From NCBI GenBank assembly GCA_016618085.1, contig JABLTG010000019.1, positions 1-64,000 of the forward strand: DNA of 64,000 nt, given 5' to 3'. The position numbers were made by a program, and so were the translations under genes. Each line of letters starts with the position of its first letter. Position 1 is the first letter of the stretch. Of the stretch, positions 46,934 to 59,661 are shown piece by piece. The notes under the pieces were generated by a model that did not search any database, was not told the DNA's origin, and saw only the letters and a list, made by a program, of their open reading frames with translations. Source of the DNA: Neovahlkampfia damariscottae. Its lineage: Eukaryota.

Positions 46934-49295
46934 TTATTGTATTATTGAATGTAAAGAACGATGTTCAAATGTATCTTTCAATTTTGTGATGATTGATCCT
47001 TTGGCAATTAATGAATATCCTTTCATCAAAATAGATTTTTTTCCAAAATAGATCACTTGGATTACTGATTTTCCATGTTTATAAGGAATTAACTTATCCT
47101 TATGAGAAATAGAATCTATTGAGAATTCAGAAGCTTTGATACAATCTACAGCTCTCCTTCCATGCTCTGAAGAAAAATAAGCAAGTTTTTCTTCTTTTAA
47201 ACTTGTTATATCACCAACAGCAAAAATGTTTGAATAGTGATCATTTTTTGCATCATAACTGACATCTGAATCTTCTTCGGAATTTGACAAAATAGCTTGT
47301 TGAATTTTTTCAAATTGAGATTCATCATCGTCACCTCTTTCACTTTCATCAGATGTTTCGTCTTGATTATATGGTTCGATTGTTGAATGTTCTTCTTCAT
47401 ATTTTTGCATTTCTTTTTTGAATTTATTTGAACTCCAATTATTTTGTCCATATTTTACTTGAAAAAATTCATTGACTTCAACATAACCTCTGATATCTAG
47501 TGAATCAGACATCATTGTTTTAAACATATCAGTAGAAGCTCGCAACCCAACACAAACTACAACCACGTCAACAATTAAGGAATCTTCAACATTTTTTGTT
47601 AATTTCTCTGTTTCTGATTTTTTGAAATAAATTTTGTTTCCTTCAATCCTCACTACACTTCTGTTGAATAGAATTTCCAAATTTTTGTATTCTTTAAAGT
47701 AATTCATACCTGCTTTATGTGCTGAAATAGCCTGCCTTTCTAATAATCTAGATCCATTCGTAATTGCTGTGATTTTTGCATCAGTGAAATGTCTTGCAAT
47801 TTCAGAGATTATTTCAACACCAACCGGTCCAGTACCAACAATTGCAATATTTTTTGCTTTATTTAAGTATTCATGATTTGAAATGATCTCTTTTGGATCA
47901 TAAGGAAATAATACGCGGCATTCATAATCTTTCAGATTTTCTCGGTCTACTTTAATTGGAAATGGTATGGAGTACCTACATCCAGTTCCTACAATCAGAT
48001 AGTCATAACTAATGGATTGATTATCTTTTAAATATACCACTGACGGAGAAATATGCTTCAAAAAAATGTTAATGACATGTAATTCAAACCAAAACTTCTC
48101 CTTGTATAAATTTGCATCCTTTGGCAACGGTGGACATTGGAATTTCCAATTTCTTAATATAATCAGGATCCGAGAATAACTTGAAAAATGAAATGTTGTA
48201 TTTCATTGATTCATTTTTATCAATTACAGTAACATCAAATGAATCTCTTAATAACTTCGCTGAGGTCATTCCAGCGAATCCACAACCAACAATCACCACC
48301 TTCTTCTTTAACAGGAAATAAAGATGATCTTTGGTTCCTGATAACTCCTTGATAATCTCGTATTTCATCAGAAATTTAGTGATTTTTTCAATGTTTTGGT
48401 TGGTCGTTTCCAGTTGATAATAGTTTGCTAACCAGCTGTTTAAATCTGATTTTTTGAATTCTCTATATTGATTATCTGGCTTCTTTTTCTTTGAAATTGC
48501 ATCATTTATCATTCCTAAAACTGTTTTCTGTTCTTTTTTCACATAATTTGATATAGCAACACCAGTGAAAGGTTTCATCAATTCAACAATCATTTGATTG
48601 ACTAAAATACCATTTTGAAATGATTTAAAATCTATTTGTTCCAAATCTTCTGATTTAAATTCTATGTTGATTGTTGGTATTGTGTTTTTTCTGAGTGAAT
48701 AATGTCTGTTACTTTTCATCTTTACACACTCGGAAATTTTATCATATTCTTTGGATTTAAAGTACTCCAAATCAATAATTGATTTAGAAATTTCATCATC
48801 TGTCAATAGATATTTTTTTTTGAAAACATTTTTTGGTGTCATTTTTCTAATTTCTTCTGTGACATCATGAAACTCTTGAGTAAAAATAAATTTTGTCCAA
48901 GCGTCAAAACGTAAGTCATTATAGACAATTCTAAATGATTCATAAAATATATCAAAATCAAAAGTTGTTTTTTCGTCCATGGCTAATCGGTATTTTTCAA
49001 GTGTTCTTTTTTTTACATCACCTTAAAGAAGTTTCAATTTTTTTTTGTTTGTTTTACCTTCAATGTTGATTTCTTCTTCTGAATCAATATTTATAAATCT
49101 TTCAATGATTGTTTTTGCTCTTTGCTTTTTTAAAGTTTGACTGAAGAGTAAATTAAAATCGGAAATTTGTTCAATGTAATTCAGCAGCTCTAAATTGAAT
49201 GATGTTTCTAAATATTTGGAAAAGACTTCATAAATTTTTGAATTTTCAAAGCATTTTTCAAAGTTGTATTGTGTTGGTTTGACATCGGAGGTCAT
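46934..49295 (-). CDS. RGS + DEP-like + FSP1/AMID-type FAD/NAD(P)H oxidoreductase fusion (763 aa)
   Basis: Introns 49022-49057 and 48056-48089 join three ORFs in frame. RGS: FSKYLETSFNLELL, EINIE, DAWTKF. Oxidoreductase: VVIVGCGFAG, IAIVGTGPVGVE, IFAVGD. Confidence 0.82.
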
Positions 49296-49386
49296 TGTGT
49301 TCAATTGACCAATTAAAAAACATCGGAGTTCATAAAATGAAAAGTTGAAGTTGAAGTCCAGAAATAACCATTTCCAAATTGGAAAA

Positions 49387-51817
49387 TCATTTAAATCTAA
49401 ATTTAATATCTTCAATGTTTAATACATATATCCTCATTTTATGAAGAAAATCCCAGATATGCTTATTATTCCTTGTATATTTGTAAGAAGTATCCAATTT
49501 GAAAATATTCAATTTAGTGCATAGTTTTTGAACAACAGAAATATTTCCTTTCTTCATGGCAATTTCAATTGATGAAAACCCAAATTTATTCTTCATTTCA
49601 AAGTTCAGTCTCTTTGATTCATTGTCAATTAGATAATCGAAAAAATTCATTTTTTTGTAAAAAATGGAGAGATAAATAATACCATTTCCATCATCATCTA
49701 CAACATTCAAATCATCCATTGTTGTTAAAATGTCTTTAAATATATCTATTTTGTCGAATTTTATCGATTCAAATAATACCTCAATCTTCTGGTTATCAGA
49801 GAAGATAAAGTCTGGTTCTTGAATTTTGCAAGGAATGCTGGATAAATAATCATCCAAAAAATAATCAAAGCCACCACATTTTTTCATTTTTTCATAAACA
49901 CTTATTCCTTTTCTGTCAATTTCTTTCAATGAACCTCCATGAAATAAAAATAATTTGATCAATTCTAAATATTCATATTTTTCATAGGCAGAAGCAATAA
50001 TCAAAGGAGTTTCTCCATAATCATTACAAAGGTTCAAATCGAAACCTTCTTTAATCAAATATTGTATAATTTCAACTTTATTGGTTGGAATAGCGAACAT
50101 GAGAGCATTACTACCATTTGATTTGAAATTAATATCAATTCCATAATCAACTAATAATTTAACCATATCAAGATCTTTTTTTAATATTGCCATGATCAAA
50201 GCATTTTCATCAAATAATACTTCATTTTTTTCAGCACCGTTTTCAAGTAAAATTCTTGCAATTTCATGGTTTTTTTGTTCAACTGCCTCCATCAATGAAT
50301 TTTGTCCATCTTCTTGTTTTAGATTGATATCAATACCGTTGTATATCAGATATTTTGCTATTTCTATGGATCCTTCATTTATTGCTGTCAACAGTGAATG
50401 ATCACCATTCCTATCTTGAGCGTTTATTGAACAATTCTGTTCCACCAAATATTTTACTGTTTCAAGATCATTCACCATTACAGAAGCAATCAAAGGTGTC
50501 CTACTCAATTGATCTCTTGCTTCTATATCAGCTCCTAATTGCACCAATGATCTGACGATTGAAATTTTTTTCTCATTGCAAGCACGAACCAATGCATTTG
50601 TTTTGAGACACATTTGATTCAGATCAATACCATATTTCACTAGTAATTCCAACATTTCAGGAGTCTTTGCTGCAATAGTGCAGTTCAGGTATTCAGGATC
50701 CATATCATTCAGATCAATTTTTTCTCTTTTTGATTCCATCATCATCTTAACAATATCCAAGTAATTTTTCAGTACAGCATAAACAATTGCTTTTGTTCCT
50801 TCAAATGAAACGTTAAGTTTACAGCCAGATTGAATCAAAAATTTCGTCAATTCTTCATCTTCTATTCTCATTGCATGAATCAAAGGAGGTTCATTATCTT
50901 TATCCGATTGGTCAAGAGATCCATTTGTCAGATGTATCGCATACTTCACCATATCCAAGTTATGAGAATCTAAAGCTCTCTGAATCGTAAAATTGTCTAA
51001 TTTCTTGTTTAGTTTGGCTCCATGGTTAATTAATAATTTTGCTGCTTCCCATTGGAGATTTTCCAGAGCAATAAAAAGAACAGAATGACCGTTTTTTGTT
51101 CTTATATTTAATTTTGATTTCTTCTCAATCAGAACTTTCATTATTTCTATGTGACCATGTGAAGAAGCGTGCATCAATGCTGTCCATCCATCATTTGTTT
51201 TTATATTGATGTCCATCTTTCTGAGTTTCAAAAGGATATACTTTACAATATCAATGTATCCATTGGCTGAAGCAATTGTCAAACAATTCCAACCATTTTT
51301 ACTTTTTTGATTGATTTGGGCATTCTTATCCACTAGATATTTGACAATTTCAAAATTACCGAGATCACAAGCAGACATTAAACCATTCCAATCATTTTTA
51401 TTTTTAACATGAATGTCCACACCATTTTCACACAAATATTTCACCAATTCAAAATTACCCATACCACAAGCAGATATAAATGCACAATTTCCTACATGAT
51501 TTTGAGCATAAATATCACAATTCTTTGAGAGAAAAAAGTCAATCAATGATTGGTTGTTTCTATTCACCACATATAAGAACCCTGTGGATTGTTTTTCATT
51601 TTTTTGATCAATATTTATGTAATTATTTTCAATTAAATATTTAATCGTTTCTTCATTACTCGCAGATAATGCTCCGAAATAAAATTTTTCCAAATTTATT
51701 TTCAATTCCTCTGATTGTAATTTTGATATTTGATTTTTCAGTTCTTTTAGAAATTTAGAATGTTGAATTCAGACCTTCTACCGTTAAATTTGGTAATTCT
51801 TCCTCGACTTTAGACAT
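49387..51817 (-). CDS. Ankyrin-repeat protein
   Basis: Numerous G.TAL..A...GH.EIVK.L...GA repeats; short first exon MSKVEEELPNLTVE|ELK. Confidence 0.92.
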
Positions 51818-51919
51818 AATAGTGATTGGTCAGGTTAAACAACCAATGAAATCAAAATGATGCAAATTAAAAAAAAATCAACAACAGAAAGGGTATGAAC
51901 AAAATTTTTTTTATCAACA

Positions 51920-52625
51920 ATGCAGGTTGAAGATTCACTTTTGAGAATAGCTGGATTCCCTACAACTCAATTTTCTGATGCATCAAACCTCCTTGAAAGA
52001 ATTTGTGGAAATATTCAAAAAAATCCGGATGAAGAAAAATTCCGTCATATCAAAATTACAAATCCGAAAATTTCAAATACTATGTGGGTACATCCAGGTT
52101 GTAAAGAGTTCATGTATTATATTGGATTCAAAGAAACTGAAGATAAAGAATTTATTCGACTTGAAAAAACAGGAAGAGAATTAAAAAGACTAGAATTAGC
52201 AATGGAATTATTACAGGTTAAAAATGAATAAAACTAAACTAAATAAGGGAGTAATTGCAAAAAAAAAAATTCTTGATGAAGAAGCTGAAAGAAAACAAAA
52301 GAACAAAATTAACAGCCTAAAACGAGAAAAAGAAAACAAAAAAAAAATTGAAAAAATGAAAAATGATCCAAATAGATATCAAAAATTGAATTTGAAATCC
52401 ATTGATAATGATGAAGAAATGATTTTAAGAATTGAACTTTTTTTGACTTTAAAAGAAATTGAATATGAAGATTGTATTTTTGAATCAAGTAAATCAATTG
52501 ATGATTCAAATGATGAACTTGTAAATTTTACATTAACTAGGAATTCAAAATATCTTTCTGGAGAAGCTATTTTAGAAAGAATTGATGATGAATGGAGTGT
52601 GAAAGAACTGGTGAAACTTGAGTAA
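51920..52625 (+). CDS. PUB-domain protein (p97/Cdc48 cofactor-like)
   Basis: NIQKNPDEEKFRHIKITNPKI...IGF; one intron. Confidence 0.8.
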
Positions 52626-52635
52626 AAAAAATAAA

Positions 52636-53895
52636 TCATTTTTTTGATTTTCTTTTTTGAGTTTTGGATGGTTCTTCCGGTTTTGAATTGTAAAGAATTT
52701 GAATTAATTCCTTCATAGTTTCATTAACTTTTTCTTTGTTTGTTCCAATAGTATAGAGAACATTCACATTTTCCCTTTTTTTCTTCTCAAGATATTTGTT
52801 GCGTATGTAATCAATTGCATGTGAATATTGACTCTTGGGTGGTTTAACATTATTAGATGCACTATTCATGTTTTTTGAAAGTAAAAATGAAGAACTTGAT
52901 GGTAATTCGTCATAATCATTGAAAACCAATGAGAGATCACCAGTCTTCATTTTCTCTTCAAAAAGGTCAAATTTGTTGAAAATTAAGAAAATTGGGATTC
53001 CATCTAGTGCTTTTTCATTCATGATTGATTCAAATAAGTTGATTGATTCCATCATTCGATTTGATTTATCATCTTCATAAATAACTTGATCAAATTCACT
53101 CAATGAAGCAACAAAAATAACAGCATTGACATCTAAGTAACCTTTAGAAGAATATTTAACTCATTTTTTTCATTTACATTGTTTCCATTTTTTTCTTTCA
53201 TTTCTTTGACCTCCTGTGTCGACAATGGTGCATGTAATTTTTTTTTTGAAATGTTCAAGTTCAACTTTGAATGAATTTATACCTATTGTTTTTTTGGTGC
53301 ATGATAAAATATCAATTTCTTGTAGTTGAACATTACCAGGTTCAAACCTACTAATGTTGGAAAAGAAACTTTTTTTTTGGTTAATTTTTCTTTTTTTTTT
53401 ACTGTAATGCATTTTCCAAAACATGACATTCTAAAATACATTTTGGTAATGCTTTTTGAATTTCAGGTTCTTTCCAAAGTCCTTTGTAAAATTTTTTTAA
53501 TTTTTTTTTCCTGAAAAACCTTCAATGACACTGTGTAGTTTTTTTGTGTAAACTTTTTGGATAAGAGCAATTTCATCTTGTTGAACCGTTTCAATGATTT
53601 TTTGAGCGAAGTCCTGAGTAATGTAAGTTTAAATAATTTTTTTTTGAACTTTGTTTTGTGGGTCATTGAATTTCACATTTTTTTTGAAGCAGTATTGGCA
53701 TAACTCAGCCATAGTTTGTAAAATATTTCTGTGAATATCGTCAATAAAAGACTTTTTCTTTTGGGCTAAAAAAGCAGGACTATTTGACATCGCAAAACTT
53801 TTGAAAATAGTGGATTTACCTCCATCTCCTGTTCCTATGAGTAAAAATTTCTTGTCAGAAAGTACTTCTTCCTCTTCTGATGAAAATTGACCCAT
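52636..53895 (-). CDS. Heterotrimeric G-protein alpha subunit, divergent
   Basis: MGQFSS myristoylation motif, GTGDGGKST, LWKEPEIQ, DTGGQRNERKKW, NRMMESINLF, FNKFDLFEEK; several introns. Confidence 0.92.
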
Positions 53896-54202
53896 GTTTT
53901 TCTCTTTTTTTGGAAGGTATTTGGACCAATCATTTTCCTCCAAAAACTTAAAACTTCACTGAAGAAGTCCTCGAACTTGAAAAATAACTCTGATCTAAAG
54001 ATAGGGTCTGCTTAGACGGAAGATCGATACAACCAAACAGAAAATCTATTGAAAACCAAATGGGAGGACCTTCATTGTACAATGGAAAATGAATGAAAAT
54101 AATTATTTTGCATTTGATTTGAATCTTTCAATGAAATTTTTTTGATGGGGTGAAAATAATTGCTTCGTTGGCATACCATTTTAAGCTGAAAAGGAGAATT
54201 TA

Positions 54203-55838
54203 TTATTCACTTCGTTCAGCTTCATGCAATTTTCCAGTAAGTTCATCAATACTCAATCTTTCCATCTTTAAATCAATTGATTCCTTTATCAAATTCACAT
54301 CAGAAAAATCATCTCTACTTTTGATATTTTCTTGAATTTTTAACAATAATTCATCACCCAACTGAGCAATTTCCTTTTTCTTCTCTTCAACATTTTTTGA
54401 AAAAACACATACTTCATCGTTTTCATTATAAACCAAATGATATAATTCTTGGTATTGATTCATTCTAAAAAAGTTAAAAAAGGTATTTTTACAAATGATC
54501 TAATTGTGATTCTTTTTGATTTCTCTGCGTTTCAATAGATTCTATTTCTTTTCTCAATTCTAGTGATTTTTGTTTCAATGATTTATCATCTTCTCTCGAA
54601 ATTAAATTTGAAAAAATTTCTTCATTCAGACTTGTCTCTTTATTTGAAATTGTTCTCATTTCCTCCTATTAAAAAAATGAATTCAAATTTTACTCTTTAC
54701 CATTCTTCTTTGGTATTCTTCAATAATTTTTCTCCTATTTGAATAAATATTCTCAACAAGTTCTAATGAATTCAAAACTCTTGTTTTCTCCAACTCCAAA
54801 CTTTTCTTCATTAAATTTAACCGATTTTTTTGATTTTGCAAAGAAGAAAGAATTAATTGTTGATTTGAATATTGAATTTGTTGATTTTTAAGTTTATTTT
54901 CATATTCAACATTCAATAATTCATTCTTAAATGAATTTTCGAAACTTTTATAATAACTTGGTATTTTTTTAGTTAATTTCATTAATGTTTCTTTTGATGA
55001 TTCAATTTTGATATCTAATTGTTGAATTTTTAATTTCAACATTGAATCAGATTCATTAGAAAATTCATGTTTATTGTAAAAATGAAGAATAATATTCGAT
55101 TTTTCGATTTTTACTAATAATTCTAAAATTTCTTTTTCCAACATTGGTATGGCAAATAAGTCATCATAACTTTCAAAAGAAGTATTATTTTTAACAGTAA
55201 TAGATGTAGATTCAAATAAATTCATTTCTTTTTCATAGTATTGATTCAAATCTTGTGTGGATAATAAAACTAAATTGTTAACATTTCAAAAAAAATCAAA
55301 CCTGATTTTTCATCAAAAAGTGAAAAAAAATCTTGAAGTAAATTTTCAAGTTTTTTTAAAGAATCATTAAATTCTTTGTTTTTTGATTGAATTTCTGTTT
55401 TCAAATTGGTTTTCTTTTTTTTATTTTTTTTTTTTATTTTACGATGTTGTACATGTCAAGAGCTTGATTTTTCGCTTTTGTTTTTTTATAGTTATCTGAT
55501 ATTTGATTAATCTTTTCATGTTGTTGTTGGTTTTTTCTTTTTAATTCTTCATATTCTCTGGATAATTCTTTTATTTCAAACTCCAATAACTCATCATCTT
55601 CTTCTTCAGAATCTTGATTATTTTCCATAGATATACATTCATTGTCTTTTAGTAGTTCATTGTATTGATGTATCTCTTCTTTAGTCAAGAAATTTGACGA
55701 AGAAATATTTTCCGTCAACCATTCAAGAAATTTCTGGTTTTGTTGATTTCGGAAACACCAGCTTATATCAGAATAATTATCGTATTCAATTTTAGAAAGA
55801 AATTCATGGAAGATTTTTGATTCTTCTTCTTCCTCCAT
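54203..55838 (-). CDS. HAUS3: Coiled-coil protein, HAUS3/augmin subunit 3-like
   Basis: ISWCF...FLEWLTENISSSNFLTKEEIHQYNEL N-terminus followed by long coiled coils. Confidence 0.6.
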
Positions 55839-55882
55839 TTTAAGACAAAAGTTAATGATTGGTTTGTAATTTTCCACCAATT
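55839..55882. promoter_or_regulatory. 44-bp bidirectional promoter with opposed CCAAT boxes
   Basis: GATTGG at 55857-55862 and CCAAT at 55877-55881 between the divergent HAUS3-like and RIC start codons. Confidence 0.65.
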
Positions 55883-56600
55883 ATGATGTCTTTTACCTCA
55901 TCCTCAACGCTAAGCTCAATTGTAACACTGCACCCTGAATTTACTAAAACTTTGGAAGAATTGAATCTTGATTTTTGTTGTGGTGGTTCAAAAACTTTGA
56001 AAGAAAGTTGTGAAGCTCTTTCTTTAAACATAGAAGAAGTAATGGAAAAACTTGAAAAAATTGTTGTGTCCAAATCGAAAATAGAAACAGTTAAATATGA
56101 ATCATTGAATCATTGTGATTTAATTGACCACATTGTTTCAAAACATCATACTTTTTTTAAAGATGAGGAACCAACTTTGACAAAGCTTGTCGAAAAAGTT
56201 GCAAGAGTTCATGGACCAAATGGGAAATCAACATCTAAATATCTAACTGAATTAAAAGAAAATTATGATCAATTTGCTTCAATTTTTTCAACACACTTGA
56301 AAGAAGAAGAAGAAATTTTATTTCCATTCTTAAAAACTTGTGATAAAACTGACACAAAGAAAAATAAAGAAATGATTGGAAATTATATTAATGACCATGA
56401 AGAAACCGGAAAGTACTTGAAAAACATTAAAACTTTGACAAACTCTTATGAGATTCCAAGTAAAAAATTCTTTTCATTTCACATTAGATGGTGCTTGTCA
56501 ATCATTCAAGAATATGTTATCAAGATTACAACTTTTAGAACAAGATATACACATCCATGTCCACAAAGAAAACAATATTTTATTTCCTCAGTTTCTGTAA
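55883..56600 (+). CDS. ric: Repair-of-iron-centres di-iron protein (RIC/YtfE/ScdA), 229 aa
   Basis: LDFCCGG, HIVSKHH, KVARVHG, HLKEEEEILFP, DHE; a 28-nt intron 56460-56487 gives PNGACQS...HVHKENNILFP. Confidence 0.92.
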
Positions 56601-56608
56601 TAAACATG

Positions 56609-57796
56609 TTATTTGATAAAATTAATAGAATATGTCTCTTGAGGATCACCAAAGGGACATTGAAGCAGCATATCATCTTCATCCTCTTCATCAACCTCAA
56701 AATGAGGTGAATATTTTGAATTTTTTGGATCAGAATAATGTCTCAACCAAAATGCACGATCAAAACTTTTTAACAACATAAATTCACTTGAATAAGTTTT
56801 CTTGAAATCAGGATCGATTTCAAACAAATTATGAACAAATTTATCCAATTCTTCGTGAGTTTTAAAATTTGTTCTTTTTGATTTGAGGTTAAACAGTTCA
56901 CTGAATTCTCCATTGCAAGTGAAGCACATTTCTGCATGACCTGTTGTTTTTACATCATTTATATAATGACCTAAGGCTCCTTCAAATTTTGGTTCGATTC
57001 CTAATTTTTGTAATAGTTCATTAACAAAATCTTGACAGTTAGATTCGTCTTGTTTTTTTGGTGTATTATTATAACGTCTTGTTGAATTCCAAAGGGCAAT
57101 TTGATCCGCCATAATATCAACAATCTTGTCAATATCTTTCATTTTAGTTATAGCACCAATATCTGCTGCCAAAAATCCAGCTTTACTGACACATTTTCGT
57201 GGAATAATCAAAGCAGAGTTTGTCCACTCCTATATGATAAATTATTAGTTCAATTTTTGACTTACTAATATCCAAGGTCCTATTAATAATCCTGTATGAA
57301 ACAATCCAAATTCAGGAGATAATTTAAATGCTGAGAGAAATGGTGATATCAATTCTCTTCCAATTTTTCTTGTTTGGTCACTTGCAATTTCAGCAATTAA
57401 AAGTTTAATACTAATTGACTTTCCAGATAACAAAAGATCAGGTTCTAGATTAATATTGATAATTTCACTTTCTTCAAGAATTATTTCTTCCTTTGTCTCT
57501 TTTCTGTTTTTAGATTCCAAAAAGTTGAATTTTTTTTTTTCTTTTTTCTTCCAAATTTCATCATCCACCAATTTTATGTTTTTTACCCATTTTGTAGCCA
57601 AATAAGTTGTTTTTAATTTTTCAGGTGTTGTCAATATTGATGCTAACGCTTCGATTTCTCCTGTTGTCAATGAAGAAGCAAATTTTGGTGAATTTTGTAA
57701 TTTTTGGACAGCCAGGTTACTCTCTTCTTTTTTATTCTTCCTTTTCACTTGAATATCATCATCTGTTTGAGATGAGTCGAGCTTACTGCCAAACAT
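56609..57796 (-). CDS. Permuted papain-like (PPPDE/NlpC-P60-type) peptidase candidate
   Basis: His in GLFHTGLLIG precedes Cys in NCQDFV; one intron. Confidence 0.55.
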
Positions 57797-57958
57797 GCTA
57801 TTTAAGAAAAATACGTTTTTGATTGGATGATAAATATAGATCTTTGTGGAGAGTAAATTGATTCAATTTCATTATAAAATTAATTTATTTTCCGAAGATG
57901 CATTAATACTCAATTTCCTCCAATCGGAATTCAGAAATTTCTTCAAACTAACAACACA

Positions 57959-59657
57959 ATGGACACATTCAAAGAAATTGGAAGATTACTGAATTCAAAA
58001 GAAGAAAAAGATACCAAAATGGCTTTGGAATTGATATCTATTTCATTGAATTCAGAAAAAACATATGATGAGAATTTACAAAAAATCCTTGAAGCAATAA
58101 AACTCCAACAACTTTTCAACACCTTGGAGACTTCAAACCCTCAAATTGTAGAACTTTCATTATCCTCTTTATCAAAAATTTTCAAAAAAAAAAATTTCAC
58201 AAAAAATTTTTTGAAAGATGATGTAAAACCTCAAACGATTCACAGAATTTAATTTTTTCAGGGTTCAAAATATCTTCTGTATGGCATGAAACATAATAAC
58301 GAAAGAGTTAGATCTTTTCTTGTTGGTCAAATTGATTGTTTGTCAGAAACAGAAAAGGATGTTGAATTTTTATTTTCAAACCAAAATTTAATTGATGTAA
58401 TCACAATTTCAATGAAAGATGAAGATATTGATGTCTTTAAAGTTACACAAGAGTTATTAAAAAAACTATCAAAATCAATTTTTGGATTACAGTCCATATT
58501 TTCAAATGAGGATATGTTAAAGGCATTTTCAGGTAAAAAAAACTATCAACTTATTTTTGTTAGTAAAAATGGATCAAAATTCTATTCAAAGGTTGAGAAT
58601 TCTTGAAACATTTATTTTGATCGGAAATTTGTCAGAAGAAACATTCCAGTAATTTACTTCATTTTCATTGATCAAATTTTGAAAGATTTTGTGAAAATAA
58701 AGGAGTATTTAAAGATTTTATTGAAGATTTAAATACAAAAAATGTGTTGACACTTTTGAATTTATTTGAATTTTTGAAATTGGTTTGCAATTGATTGAAT
58801 TAACATTTCTGAAAGTTTGCTGAAAAACCTTATGGGATTCAATATTTGGAATCAAAAAGAGTCGTAGAAGATTTAATACAAAAACATTTCATCGAATCTA
58901 AAGATTCTGATGATTTAATCATCTCCTTTTTACTTAGATTCATCAGTGAAATCGCATCAAAAGGAACAATTTCCATTTTAATTCCAGACAAAATTTTTGA
59001 CAAATTATTGGAAAATTTAGATTCAAAAGACAATAGAATTAAAGAATTATCAATCACAGTCATTGGAAATTTATGCTCAAATTCCAAAGATGTTTTGAAA
59101 TTAACATCAAATTCAAATTTATTCCAAGAATACCTTTATTTTATAAATTCATCAGAAGTTGAATTAAGATATTCTTTTTATCATTCATTGGCATTTATTT
59201 TTGAATCGAAAGTAAATTCAAGTGAATCTCTTTTGAATTTTTATGAAAATATTTCACAGCAAATTTTAAAGTTCTCAGGAAAATCAATTATCAAACATAT
59301 GATGGAAATGACAGAAAAACCATTTGTTGATCATAGAACAGCTGCATTTCATCTAATCAGAGTAAGAACACCATTCGATTTAACATCAAAAAGAGTTTTT
59401 GTTTCCACAATTGGGGTGTTGAGTTATTATCAAAATATCCAGGTTTTTTGAAGTATCTCATGGATAGAAATACAGAAATCGATAAAGATTGCAAAGAATG
59501 GAAATTCACAATTGTTGAAAGAATTATGGAATCTTACTCCAAAGATAAAAAAATTTTGGATGCAAAAGATGCTCAAAAATTGAAATCTTTTCTTTTAGAA
59601 GGTCCATTTTATGTGAGAGTAGAATCAAGAGCAATTATAAAAGATGAGGCAAAATAA
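57959..59657 (+). CDS. PSMD5: 26S proteasome assembly chaperone S5b/Hsm3
   Basis: HEAT/ARM-like body; KPFVDHRTAAF, WG, PGFLKYLMDRNTE, EGPFYV; several introns. Confidence 0.8.
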
Positions 59658-59661
59658 AAAT

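Noticed and set aside
53985..54075. 5S rRNA resemblance (TCTGATCT, AGGGTC, ATGGGAG)
   Set aside because: Spacing between the fragments and the terminal helix do not fit 5S.
55883..56600. Bacterial contamination or chimeric assembly at the RIC gene
   Set aside because: It has a spliceosomal intron, host-like base composition and a host-type CCAAT promoter.
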